DNA of 43,656 nt from positions 179,055 through 222,710 of the IMG/VR virus record IMGVR_UViG_3300010352_001565. One strand, 5' to 3'. Each line of letters begins with the position of its first letter. The first letter of the stretch is position 1. The DNA comes from a virus. The position numbers and the translations under genes are program-made. This document shows positions 8,212-17,538 of this stretch, piece after piece. The notes under the pieces were generated by a model. That model had not been told where the DNA came from. It was given only the letters and a program-made list of their open reading frames with translations, and searched no databases.

Positions 8212-11200
8212 GGAAAGAGCCGCTCGAAAGCCAAAGCAGATATACCTTGACCCTCAGGGACAGCAGTTGAGTCTTAAAGATGTCGATAAGAAATGGCGAG
8301 ACACCATCATCTATCACAACGGAACTGAAAATCGTGGCGGAAACATCGTCACCACATTCGACCCAGAAAACCCGCTAGGAACGCGGCTCCTAGAGCCTGG
8401 TCCTGATTCTCCGGTGTGCGCTAAGTGCGCGCTTTACGAGCAAGGAGCTCAGCACCCGTTCATGAAGCCGTTTGGTGCCGAGGACCCACTAGTGACGGTG
8501 GTATTTGACTCGGTGTCTGGAAAGGAAGACTCGCGCGGCGAAATCGGATCTGATGGGCCTCCAATGCTGATTCGGAAGCTGGTTCAGGAAATGGGGTTTG
8601 ACGCATCTCGAATACGATGGGCGCCGGCGACTCTTTGCTCCGCCAGGACTGGAAAGCTTCCAAACTACTCGACTAAGGGAAACCACTGCAAAATCCATCT
8701 TATTCAAGACATCGAGCAGCACCCACCGAAGATGATCATGACCGTTGGAAGCGCCGCTCTCGGACTTCTGTCGTTCAAATCGAATGCTCAAGACTGGGGT
8801 GGCCGCGTGCTGACGTATCGCGGATGGCCGGATGACTGGCTGACAGATCCTGATTACATGCTTGACCGACCTGATCCGCGCGATCCAAAGACATCTCTCA
8901 CGCGCGGACATCCCATCATGGGAAAAGCTCCAGAAGGCTTCCGAATTCCCATCGTTCCGATTCAGAGCCCGCGCATGGTTTACATGACGCAAAACCAGAA
9001 TGTCATCAAGCGCTGGAAGTCTCACGTCAAGACCGCGTTCGAGATGGCACTTCAGGGAGTTCCTCCTAAGGTTTACGACCGCGCCTATTGGAACATGAGC
9101 GTCGATCCAGACGAGATTGCTGAAAATCTCCTCTACTTGATCAACCACCCAGGAACGCTCACCAGCTACGACACTGAAACAAACGGCGTCAGACCTTGGG
9201 CAGTGGACGCTGCGATCGTGTTCATGATGTTTCGATGGACTGATGAAGATGGCAACCCGAAATCGATTGGCTTCCCGTGGAACTACCCGAACAGCCCGCT
9301 GATCAACTATCTCCCAGAGCTCGCGCCGCTCGTCCTTGAAGCTCTGTATGCCTCAGACCTCATTGGACACAACATCACGTTCGACGTCTTGTTTACCTAC
9401 GCAAACGTGCCTGGGGCCAACCTGGTTAAGCTAGCGAATGCTGCAAAATGGGATACCTGGCATATGGCATACGTCATGCGCCAGCAGCGCGGAACGTTGG
9501 GCTTGGAAATGATCGCTTACGAGTGGGTGCCTGACCTTGCGGGCTACGAAGAGGACATGACCCTCTTGATTGAGCTGCTCAGAGACCTGTTACATCCGGG
9601 AGCCGGAAAGGGAGGCCACTACGCCAACTGCCCGCGCGATAAGTGGGACACCCACCTCAAGCCCTACGTCATGGGTGACGTCGAGGTGGCTTACTGCGCA
9701 AAACCGAAGATTGAGGCCAAGCTTGGAACTGCCAGAACTTACCGAATGCCGCTGGCAGACCCAACCCGACGCGGTCGATTTCGCTTGTTCGAGCCGCCAC
9801 CCCGAAGCTGGGTTTATCCGAACGTTGTATCTCCAGCCGCGCGGATGCTCATGAATATGATGGGTCGCGGCATGCACGTGGACATCGAGGAGCTAGCGCG
9901 CCAGGAAGACATTTTTCCGAAGAAGATTAGAGAAGCTCGCGACAAACTTCGAGCGGTCGACCCGAAGATTATCGAGTGGTGCCAGCAGATGGAGGAGACC
10001 GAGCCTGGATGGGAGCTTGACCTTGAAAAGAAAGAGCACCTCAAAACAATCCTGTTTGACAGCAGACTTCTAAATCTTCCAGTCAATCGCATCACTGAGA
10101 GCGGGCAGAAGCTCTTTGGAGATACCCCAGAAGACTTGCAAGGGCTTCCGCGCGAGAAGCTGGTCGAATACGCGGCGCTGGACAAGTTCACGCTGAACAT
10201 GCTGTCAGTCGAGCATCCTCAGGTTCGGCCTCTCCAGGAATACAAGAAAATATTCAAGGCGTATACCACCTACATTCGCCCACTTCGCAACGCTTTCTCA
10301 GACAAAAAGCATGGTGGCGTTGATAAGAAACGCCGCATGGAGATACAGCACCTTATGCGAGACGGCTGCGTGCACGCCAGCTTCAAGCTGACTGGAACGC
10401 GCGGAGGACGCTTGAGCTGCTCTGATCCGAACCTTCAGCAGCTACCTCGCGACGGTTTAATTAAACGCATTTACACCAGCCGCTTTGGAAAAAGAGGGTG
10501 CGTCTACCAAGGCGACCTTTCTCAGATCGAATTGCGCCTTCTGGCTGCAGCTTGCGGAGACTCCTCAATGGTGGATGCTTATCAGCGCGGCATCGACCTG
10601 CACGCCCTGACTCACAGCAAGATTTACAGCAAGGCATACGAGGAATGCACCAACGAGTTCATGGAATGGCTGCAGGCGCACGGCAGAGACTCTGAAGCAA
10701 AGAAAGTCAAGCTCGAGCGCAAAGCCGCAAAGGTCGTTAATTTCTTGACAGGCTACGGTGGAGGAGCTTTCGGTCTACAAACCGCTCTGGCAAACGACCA
10801 GATCTACAAGACGCTTGAAGAGTGCGAAGCTCTGCTTGAGGCGTTTTTCGATGGCTATCCAGCAATGCGCCGCTACCTGTCTTACTACAAGGACTTCATC
10901 CAGCAAAATGGCGTGGCCGTGTCGATTCTCGGACGCGTTCGCATCTTTGAAGAGGTGTTTGGCGATGATCCTAAGGCGAAAAACAAAGCGCTGCGCGCTG
11001 GTTGCAACCACCTGATTCAGTCCACTGCTTCTGACTTGATGCTTATCTGCTTGACGGCTATCGAGAACATCTTGACGAACGAGGGCCTTGAATCTCAGAT
11101 GGTCTGCACGGTGCACGACTCTCTTGTGGTTGACGCTGTGCGCGAAGAGCTGCCTGTTGTCCACGACATTGTCTACGGGGTGCTCAACAACATCCCTGAC

Positions 11201-11365
11201 GTGCTCAAGCTCACATTTGGTGACAACTATGACACGTCATGGTTGTCATTTGTTCCTCTGGCTGGAGATTGCGAAGTTGGTCTCAACTACCTCGATGCGA
11301 AGAAAGTTCCTCAGCACGGCGAGATTGACTGGGACAAGCTTTTGGCACCAGCAGCCGCTCACTAA
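8174..11365 (+). CDS. family A DNA polymerase with an N-terminal family-4 UDG-like domain and a 3'-5' exonuclease domain
   Basis: The exonuclease motif is SYDTETNG. The polymerase motifs are RLSCSDPNLQQLPR, KVVNFLTGYGGGAFGL (motif B) and VHDSLVVD (motif C). The N-terminal ~250 aa resemble UDG family 4 (GEIGSDGPPMLIRKLVQEMGF...WAPATLC, HPP), but the GEAPG-type motif A is degenerate (DSVSGKED). Confidence 0.85.
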   Translation: MGMRSSIAFFENMERAARKPKQIYLDPQGQQLSLKDVDKKWRDTIIYHNGTENRGGNIVTTFDPENPLGTRLLEPGPDSPVCAKCALYEQGAQHPFMKPFGAEDPLVTVVFDSVSGKEDSRGEIGSDGPPMLIRKLVQEMGFDASRIRWAPATLCSARTGKLPNYSTKGNHCKIHLIQDIEQHPPKMIMTVGSAALGLLSFKSNAQDWGGRVLTYRGWPDDWLTDPDYMLDRPDPRDPKTSLTRGHPIMGKAPEGFRIPIVPIQSPRMVYMTQNQNVIKRWKSHVKTAFEMALQGVPPKVYDRAYWNMSVDPDEIAENLLYLINHPGTLTSYDTETNGVRPWAVDAAIVFMMFRWTDEDGNPKSIGFPWNYPNSPLINYLPELAPLVLEALYASDLIGHNITFDVLFTYANVPGANLVKLANAAKWDTWHMAYVMRQQRGTLGLEMIAYEWVPDLAGYEEDMTLLIELLRDLLHPGAGKGGHYANCPRDKWDTHLKPYVMGDVEVAYCAKPKIEAKLGTARTYRMPLADPTRRGRFRLFEPPPRSWVYPNVVSPAARMLMNMMGRGMHVDIEELARQEDIFPKKIREARDKLRAVDPKIIEWCQQMEETEPGWELDLEKKEHLKTILFDSRLLNLPVNRITESGQKLFGDTPEDLQGLPREKLVEYAALDKFTLNMLSVEHPQVRPLQEYKKIFKAYTTYIRPLRNAFSDKKHGGVDKKRRMEIQHLMRDGCVHASFKLTGTRGGRLSCSDPNLQQLPRDGLIKRIYTSRFGKRGCVYQGDLSQIELRLLAAACGDSSMVDAYQRGIDLHALTHSKIYSKAYEECTNEFMEWLQAHGRDSEAKKVKLERKAAKVVNFLTGYGGGAFGLQTALANDQIYKTLEECEALLEAFFDGYPAMRRYLSYYKDFIQQNGVAVSILGRVRIFEEVFGDDPKAKNKALRAGCNHLIQSTASDLMLICLTAIENILTNEGLESQMVCTVHDSLVVDAVREELPVVHDIVYGVLNNIPDVLKLTFGDNYDTSWLSFVPLAGDCEVGLNYLDAKKVPQHGEIDWDKLLAPAAAH

Positions 11366-11412
11366 AAATAGTTGCAAATAAATGTTTACAAATTTTAGTT
11401 TCGTGATATAGT
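11363..11412 (+). promoter_or_regulatory. conserved phage promoter copy 3
   Basis: The sequence is aaaatagttgcaaataaaTGTTTACAaattttagtttcgTGaTATAGT. The -10 sits inside the palindrome CGTGATATagtcATATCACG. The ATG at 11422 is 9 nt after the -10. Confidence 0.7.
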
Positions 11413-11421
11413 CATATCACG

Positions 11422-11643
11422 ATGAGCACAGCAAACGTGGAAAACATGACATACGAGCAGCTTCCAAAGCAAGCTCGAATCATTGCCCAAATTTTAGTCC
11501 TTCATCCTGACGCTACCCGCGCCAAGCTTGAGGAGCTCGTTCAAGCGAGGATCACAACTCGCCAGCCTATCGCACGCGTGATCAACTACTATTGGTCCCT
11601 GCTTGTCAAGCTCGGATACACCACGCAACCTGTCGCCGCCTAA
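11422..11643 (+). CDS. small hypothetical protein (73 aa), first cistron of the operon that contains amidoligase C
   Basis: The start is leaderless, directly after promoter copy 3. Confidence 0.5.
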   Translation: MSTANVENMTYEQLPKQARIIAQILVLHPDATRAKLEELVQARITTRQPIARVINYYWSLLVKLGYTTQPVAA

Positions 11644-11646
11644 TTT

Positions 11647-12708
11647 ATGCCTAACAACGGACCCATACCTTCATACGCCAGTGAGAGACTCATTGGACTC
11701 GAGCTCGAGTACGACGCAAAAACCACCAAGCTCAGCTTGCCAACGACGACACCTTCTGGCTGGTCGCGGCAGTCTGACGGCAGCCTGCAGAATGGCGTTG
11801 AGATGGTGCTCAATCCTCCTCTGACGCTGACAGATGCAACTCCAGTGGTCAAAGAGTTCGCTGACGCTTTCAACCGAGCCCGGACAAACACCTTCAGCAG
11901 CGGCGGCTTCCACGTTCATGTTCAGGTTGCGGATTACACCGAGCATGACGCCGGAAATCTCGCTCGCCTCTACCACCATTTTCAGACGCAGATTAACCGG
12001 TTGCTTGGAAAATCTCGCCACAACAACCACTACTGCCCTCCGTTTACGCACTCCGTGACAGATGCCGATCTTTCGTCGAGATTTAATCTCGGCTCGCTTG
12101 CCAGCACGAGAGCCAGCGCCAAGTCTGCCCGCAAATACCAAGTGGTGAACTTCGCAATGATGCGGTGCACTCGCCACAGCGACCGCACGGTGGAATTTCG
12201 CCAAGGAAGCACCACAAAGCGGTTTGAGTGCATCATTGGCTGGGCGGCATTCTGCGTTGCCATGGTTGAAATCGCCAAGAACGACGCCATGACCAGCGCT
12301 TACATCGGTCAGCAAGCGTCGTGGGAAAACTTCGTGCAGATGCTTCGCGACCACGAATCCATGGTTGGTGCCAGCCACATTGCTGACTGGGTGGTTTGGA
12401 GACGCGAATATCTCGAAGAGACACCGAGCGACGAGCTCATCTCAAAAGCAGTTGCCGCTATGGGACGCCGTCCTCGCGGAATCTTTCACATCTCGCGCGC
12501 TCTCGACATCAACTTGCCGCTGAGCGAGCGGACTCTAAACGCCGCCGTTTCTCGCGGTCTGATTGCTAAGATCGGATCGAAATACCAAGCAAAGTTTGTC
12601 TCATTCGCGGGGTCAGATCTTGAGCAGCTTCAACAAGCCGCGGAAGCCAGGGAGGCAGCTATGCCCGCTGACCGCTCAGGCGAGGTTCTACCTGGAGAGG
12701 AACAATAA
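11647..12708 (+). CDS. amidoligase paralog C
   Basis: Carries IGLELEYD, GGFHVHVQV and VEFRQGSTT, the same three-motif architecture as ORFs 359-1354 and 1739-3157. Confidence 0.6.
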   Translation: MPNNGPIPSYASERLIGLELEYDAKTTKLSLPTTTPSGWSRQSDGSLQNGVEMVLNPPLTLTDATPVVKEFADAFNRARTNTFSSGGFHVHVQVADYTEHDAGNLARLYHHFQTQINRLLGKSRHNNHYCPPFTHSVTDADLSSRFNLGSLASTRASAKSARKYQVVNFAMMRCTRHSDRTVEFRQGSTTKRFECIIGWAAFCVAMVEIAKNDAMTSAYIGQQASWENFVQMLRDHESMVGASHIADWVVWRREYLEETPSDELISKAVAAMGRRPRGIFHISRALDINLPLSERTLNAAVSRGLIAKIGSKYQAKFVSFAGSDLEQLQQAAEAREAAMPADRSGEVLPGEEQ

Positions 12709-13067
12709 TGTTTGAGTCGCGAAAAGTATTCGGCGCCCTCGTTTTGACGCGCTGGCAAGACTTTCCTGAAGGTGGAGAAACCTTGGAAAGCCTTCAGAAC
12801 AAGCTCTACGAGTACTACCCGAGCATTCCGCGGCATGATCTCGAGTTGTTCCGAGAGGGGTTTCAGCAGTATCCGATGTGGGGCATGGCTTTTCCGACTG
12901 GCGGTGGGTTTCAGTTCAGGCACAAGCGCGACAGCGCAGCTCCAAGCCAGGATCCCGCGCCCGTGTCTTTAAGAGCAGTTGAAGAGCGCTTATTGAGCCA
13001 GATTCAGTCGCGGGTTCATGTCCCTGATCTTCCTCAGAACCCAGTAATGCCATGGGAGGAAGTGTGA
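12708..13067 (+). CDS. hypothetical protein (119 aa)
   Basis: A TAATG overlap couples it to the upstream gene. Confidence 0.5.
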   Translation: MFESRKVFGALVLTRWQDFPEGGETLESLQNKLYEYYPSIPRHDLELFREGFQQYPMWGMAFPTGGGFQFRHKRDSAAPSQDPAPVSLRAVEERLLSQIQSRVHVPDLPQNPVMPWEEV

Positions 13068-13316
13068 TTATCTCCAGCGCCCGTCAGAATGAGCCGCAAG
13101 ATCGTCGATCCACTGGGCAATCTCAGCGGCGTTCCCGTCTATGCGGTATCGGTTTAGCCACTGCTGGATCAATTCAACCACGTCTGACTGCTCTCTTAGC
13201 TGCATCCAGTTATTCTTCCAGTCAAGGCGTCCGACTTCTTGCTCCACGAACGAGCATGCCAGATCCTCAACCGAGTCCATGGACGCAATCCTTTCAATAA
13301 TGTCACGAGCAGCCAC
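13068..13316 (-). CDS. hypothetical protein (82 aa), a lone minus-strand gene
   Basis: Its composition is protein-like and balanced. The overlapping plus-strand ORF (13052-13300) is S/R/P-rich junk. It fits exactly between the flanking plus-strand genes. Confidence 0.35.
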   Translation of the reverse strand: MAARDIIERIASMDSVEDLACSFVEQEVGRLDWKNNWMQLREQSDVVELIQQWLNRYRIDGNAAEIAQWIDDLAAHSDGRWR

Positions 13317-13331
13317 AATCTACCTACAACT

Positions 13332-13790
13332 ATGAAACTCAGCGATCTTAAAGACGAAAACACATATTACGTCCAAAAGGCGCTGGATGACGGCAAGTTT
13401 CCGTGGGCCAAAGGAAAAGACCTCAAACGACACGGACACAGCCGGAGTCTGCGCCGGCTAAAGTCGGAAGACGAGAAAATTCCAGAATACTACTATCCCG
13501 TGCAGGTTGATGCGTCGGTCATCATCGCCGTCAAGCCATTCAGCAAGGAAGAGCGCGATGAGTTTCGAATGAAGTTTGTTCGCCCGAATTGGGAAACGGT
13601 GCATATGCACCAGACCACCCCGTTCGAACCTGTCTACGAGTCGATTCCAATTCCGAACCGCATGCCGAAAAAGAAGAGGTCAAGCCACTCTGCCAGCGTC
13701 ATCGTTGACGACGAGGAGTTTGACACCCTGGGAGCCATAAGAGCAGGAGCAGCTGTGTTCAAGCAGCTGCTTAAGTCGCACTGTTCTTAA
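13332..13790 (+). CDS. hypothetical basic protein (152 aa; the track ORF 13239-13790 is trimmed to the ATG at 13332)
   Basis: MKLSDLKDENTYY... The trimmed start avoids overlap with the minus-strand gene. Confidence 0.45.
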   Translation: MKLSDLKDENTYYVQKALDDGKFPWAKGKDLKRHGHSRSLRRLKSEDEKIPEYYYPVQVDASVIIAVKPFSKEERDEFRMKFVRPNWETVHMHQTTPFEPVYESIPIPNRMPKKKRSSHSASVIVDDEEFDTLGAIRAGAAVFKQLLKSHCS

Positions 13791-13796
13791 TAGGCA

Positions 13797-13955
13797 TGGA
13801 AGACAAAAATTTTGTACTCGTAAGAGACGGCAAGCGTATTTCTGAAAACCTCACCCAGAGCGACGCCACGGCTAAAGCCAACGAAATCAACAGCCGGCTG
13901 AACGAATCTGCTGGAGAAAAGCCCGTTGAAATCAAATCGGTTGTCAACGGTTAAT
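13797..13955 (+). CDS. small ORF (52 aa) not in the track
   Basis: MEDKNFVLVRDGKRISENLTQSDATAKANEINSRLNESAGEKPVEIKSVVNG. Its TAATG overlaps the start of the next gene, indicating translational coupling. Confidence 0.3.
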
Positions 13956-14694
13956 GCCTACCCAGCAACTTGACTTGGGGCTTCTACCTTCGGAACCGCA
14001 GCCCGGATCTGAAGGTGTTGTCGTCCCCACAGAGCTGATTGCTCCGGAGAACGCTGCGGACACCAACGCTCAGTTTCCTGACCACGTCGTGGATCAGCTT
14101 CTGACGCCGTGCACCGCCATCATCAGAGACACTCTCACAGAGCAAAACGGGGCTCCTAACCTCGAAAACCCACAGGAACCCCCAGAACATCCCCAGGCTG
14201 ACAAGCCTCTCCAGGTGATAGAGCAGGTGGTTGGAGCCATAAAAGATGGCCGAGACCTGTCTGCCATGAAACCGGACGTGCTCCGGTTGATCTCTAACCA
14301 GGAAGACAGAGCTCAGTTGATCTCTAACCTCCTGATGACCCACGACTACACCCGGGTTGCGAAGTACGCCAAGGCGCGAGAAAAGCTCGAAAACACCATC
14401 CTCGAAGCAATCGACCGCGGGCGTCTTACACCCACTCAGACCCTTGCCTTCTTGAAGCTCATTTCTGAGGAAACTGAAGTCATTTCTGGGCGCATTCGTG
14501 GCGGCGCCACGTCAGTCAAGGACCTGATGGCTCTGATAAATCGAGCAGATTACCAGATGCAGATGTCTGAAGGTGACATTCATAAGAAATTCACAGGAAC
14601 GTCGCCGCAAGGCAGAGAGATCATCAGGCGCTTAATTGGAAAGCTGTGCAAAGCGACAGCCTCTGACGCCAGACGCGACGTGGTTAGCGACTAA
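13954..14694 (+). CDS. putative terminase small subunit (assigned by position only)
   Basis: It lies immediately upstream of the large terminase and is coupled to it by a TAATG overlap. I recognise no motif. Confidence 0.3.
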   Translation: MPTQQLDLGLLPSEPQPGSEGVVVPTELIAPENAADTNAQFPDHVVDQLLTPCTAIIRDTLTEQNGAPNLENPQEPPEHPQADKPLQVIEQVVGAIKDGRDLSAMKPDVLRLISNQEDRAQLISNLLMTHDYTRVAKYAKAREKLENTILEAIDRGRLTPTQTLAFLKLISEETEVISGRIRGGATSVKDLMALINRADYQMQMSEGDIHKKFTGTSPQGREIIRRLIGKLCKATASDARRDVVSD

Positions 14695-16727
14695 TGAGTC
14701 CCACTGAGATTGAAAATGTCCTACTGCGGATCCTTGAAGGCGACAACGCTGACGAGCTAATCCGCAGCTTGTCTGAAAAAGAGCAGGGTCTCTTCTACAA
14801 CATTGTCACCGAGATTCGAAACGGTGCAGCACCAGAGCTTCTCGACGACCTGTGGAAAATCGATTACACCCGTCGCCCGCCGTCGATTGAAGAGTTTATC
14901 ACTGATCCGTACTGGCTTGGAAACACCATGGCCGCTACGGAAGAAAATCCCGGTATCTTTCCTGCTTGGAAAGAAGTGTTGCTTCAAGACTTTGATCTCG
15001 AGTCGCGCATCCACAACCTTGTCATTACAGGTTCACTCGGAACTGGAAAATCGTGGGTGAGCAGCGGCATCTTTCTTTACAGGCTGACACTTGCCACGCT
15101 TCTGAGAAACCCGCAGAACTTTCTAGGCTTGTCAGCAGGTTCAACTATCGTCTACATCGTCTTATCATTGAGCAAGGCGGTCGTTCAAGAAACGGTCTTT
15201 GGCGATGTCCAGAACTTCATGGGACACAGCGCCTACTTTCTCGAAGACTGCCATTTCAATCCAGAGCTGAAGTACAGCAATTTCAGAATTCCGCTAGGAA
15301 AAGGGATCATCCTTACGGCCGGTTCAAAAGGACAGCATATCATCGGTCGTAACACGATGGGTGTCTTCCTTGACGAAGGTAACTGGCGCCTTGAAGCAAA
15401 CCCGGACATGAAGGCGTACAAGCTGTACGACGAAGTTCGGACTCGTATTAAAAACCGCTTCCAGAAGGTCGCTGGGTTTCTACCCGCTATATCGATACTG
15501 TCCTCGTCTGCCCGCGATGAGTCGAGCTTTACTGAAAAGGTCATCTCAGACATCAACGCCATCAAGGACCCCAACGCCGAGAAAGTCTACCGCTTCGCAG
15601 TCTATAAGGTCAAACGCCACCTGCTCAAGCTTAAAAATCGCTGGTTCAAGGTTGCGTACGGTATCAAAAATGTTGATCCCGTTGTGCTTAGCGGTTTTTA
15701 CCTCGAAAACGGTACCCCGATAACCAACGATCCTGAGAATCCTGTTGAGGCGCCGCCTGATGGCTGTCAGACTGAGCTCGTTCCTGAGGACTATCTTGAC
15801 GCTTTCAAGCGCAACGCCAAATCAGGTCTGCAGAACGTCTGTGGTATCAGCACTGGAGGAAGCCACCTGCTTCTCTCGTCAACCATCGACGTGCTGAAAT
15901 GTGTTGAGCTCGGAGAGCGCTCAGGCGTGGTTAACCCGGTCCGCGGCAGAATGGCGCTGATTCCTATCTCCGACGAAGACGACCGTGAGATCTGGGACTA
16001 TCTTGACCACAAGTCATTCCTGACTTTGCGCCATAGCCAGGTCATCCCTATCAGGCATCCTTCAGCTACTCGGTTCGCTCACTTGGACTTGGCTACCGCT
16101 ACCAAAGCAGGTCTGGCAATTTGCCATCTTGTGGGCATGCAGAAAGTCGAGGGCCTTATCAAAAACGGCCAGATTTACGACGAGTACCGCCTGATCGTCG
16201 AATTCGACTTCATCCTCACAATCACTGCCGGTCGAACAAAGCCAATCAGCCTTGAAAAGATCCAGAAGTTCTTTTTCTGGCTCCGCGGCGAGTGCGGATA
16301 CCACTTCGGCAAGATAACGGCTGACACCTACCAGTCAGCCATGCCTCTTCAGATGATGTCTTCTAGAGGGTTCGAAACTGACGTGCTGTCCATTGACCGA
16401 AAGAAAGCTCCGTACTACGGGCTGCGGACTGGCATCGAGGAACTTCGCTTGCGCCTGTACCACCAGGGCGAAATGCTCACCGAGTTCGAGAAGCTGGTTG
16501 ACGGCCCAGAAAAAGTTGACCATCCTCCTGAAGGTTCGAAGGATACGACTGACGCGGTCTGCGGCGCATACACCAACGCCATCAACTCCGAGAACATTTC
16601 TGACTCCCAGTCTGGCACAGATCCATCGCTGCACGCTTCTTCGTCAGCCGATAAGCACGAAGAAGTTTCTCCCATATCCATTCCAATTCCGCGTCAGCCA
16701 CGCAAGTCCCAAGTGTTCCAGGCTTGA
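14694..16727 (+). CDS. terL: terminase large subunit (ATPase plus nuclease)
   Basis: Walker A is LVITGSLGTGKSW and Walker B is VFLDEGNW. The C-terminal region is RNaseH-like (HLDLATATKAG, D-rich). Its 677-aa length is typical. Confidence 0.85.
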   Translation: MSPTEIENVLLRILEGDNADELIRSLSEKEQGLFYNIVTEIRNGAAPELLDDLWKIDYTRRPPSIEEFITDPYWLGNTMAATEENPGIFPAWKEVLLQDFDLESRIHNLVITGSLGTGKSWVSSGIFLYRLTLATLLRNPQNFLGLSAGSTIVYIVLSLSKAVVQETVFGDVQNFMGHSAYFLEDCHFNPELKYSNFRIPLGKGIILTAGSKGQHIIGRNTMGVFLDEGNWRLEANPDMKAYKLYDEVRTRIKNRFQKVAGFLPAISILSSSARDESSFTEKVISDINAIKDPNAEKVYRFAVYKVKRHLLKLKNRWFKVAYGIKNVDPVVLSGFYLENGTPITNDPENPVEAPPDGCQTELVPEDYLDAFKRNAKSGLQNVCGISTGGSHLLLSSTIDVLKCVELGERSGVVNPVRGRMALIPISDEDDREIWDYLDHKSFLTLRHSQVIPIRHPSATRFAHLDLATATKAGLAICHLVGMQKVEGLIKNGQIYDEYRLIVEFDFILTITAGRTKPISLEKIQKFFFWLRGECGYHFGKITADTYQSAMPLQMMSSRGFETDVLSIDRKKAPYYGLRTGIEELRLRLYHQGEMLTEFEKLVDGPEKVDHPPEGSKDTTDAVCGAYTNAINSENISDSQSGTDPSLHASSSADKHEEVSPISIPIPRQPRKSQVFQA

Positions 16728-16742
16728 CGAATACTTATTGGT

Positions 16743-17054
16743 GTGATAGTCAACCTGCCACCCTATAGCATGTTTGCGTCTACTCCGGTCTACCAGGCCG
16801 GCGAAGACGTGGTATTCGGTCTGATGAGGGACGCTGTCATTCCTGACGCCACCGACACCATCTTTACCGTTACTCAGGCTTCTGAGTCGAGGTTCGATCT
16901 AATTTCGGATGCGTTCTATGGCACGCCGCATCTCTGGTGGGTCATCGCACGCGTGAACAACATTTTAGACCCGCTTTTGGGCGTGGCGGCTGGTACAACA
17001 CTTAGGATTCCAACCCGCGAGCGGATGTCGCGCGAAGGAGTGCTGAACGGATAA
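16743..17054 (+). CDS. LysM-like / tail-protein-X-like small protein
   Basis: FTVTQASESRFDLISDAFYGTPHLWWVIARVNNILDPLLGVAAGTTLRIP resembles the LysM / P2 gpX pattern. Confidence 0.3.
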   Translation: MIVNLPPYSMFASTPVYQAGEDVVFGLMRDAVIPDATDTIFTVTQASESRFDLISDAFYGTPHLWWVIARVNNILDPLLGVAAGTTLRIPTRERMSREGVLNG

Positions 17055-17055
17055 T

Positions 17056-17538
17056 ATGAGCGGATTTTTGACAGAAAAGAAACTAAACTCTACCATCGAC
17101 ATTCCTCTGAGCCTACCTCAGACGGAGCTCTACCCGACCAACTCGGTGGTGCTTGCAACTATCTGTCTTCAAGAGGGCCAGAGCCTCACTCACCAGGTGA
17201 TGCAGGTTCACGTGCTCGCCATCAATGGAGACGGACAAGCAGCCCCTTTGAATGACAACAGGTCTATACCCGCAAGAGGGCACATCTTCGTGAGCATTGA
17301 GGAAGTCTCAGGTTCGACATACGCTTCACTGGCAGACGGTTTTACGGAGAACTATACCCCAACTCTTGCCCTCGGACCGATCGCTAGGAACGTGAACACT
17401 CCTTGCGTGGCGTCAATACCAAAAGGAGGAGCGTCAAAGATTTATGTGGTCAAGGTCACGAATAACTGCACTGGAACGAACTCCAAGCTGTGCGTATGTG
17501 CGACCGGCTCAATCCGTTTAAACCTTAACGCATCATGA
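17056..17538 (+). CDS. hypothetical structural protein, paralog 1
   Basis: IPLSLPQTELYP matches IPVSLPQLELRP in the next ORF, so this is a tandem duplication. The genes are coupled by an ATGA overlap. Confidence 0.5.
   Translation: MSGFLTEKKLNSTIDIPLSLPQTELYPTNSVVLATICLQEGQSLTHQVMQVHVLAINGDGQAAPLNDNRSIPARGHIFVSIEEVSGSTYASLADGFTENYTPTLALGPIARNVNTPCVASIPKGGASKIYVVKVTNNCTGTNSKLCVCATGSIRLNLNAS

Noticed and set aside
8489-9148. 219-aa minus-strand ORF inside the DNA polymerase gene
   Set aside because: It is entirely antisense to a well-supported polymerase coding region, has R/S-rich composition and no motif. It is a typical shadow ORF.
11671-12378. 235-aa minus-strand ORF antisense to amidoligase C
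   Set aside because: It is a shadow ORF of a motif-supported plus-strand gene. The GC-rich third positions keep the antisense frame open.
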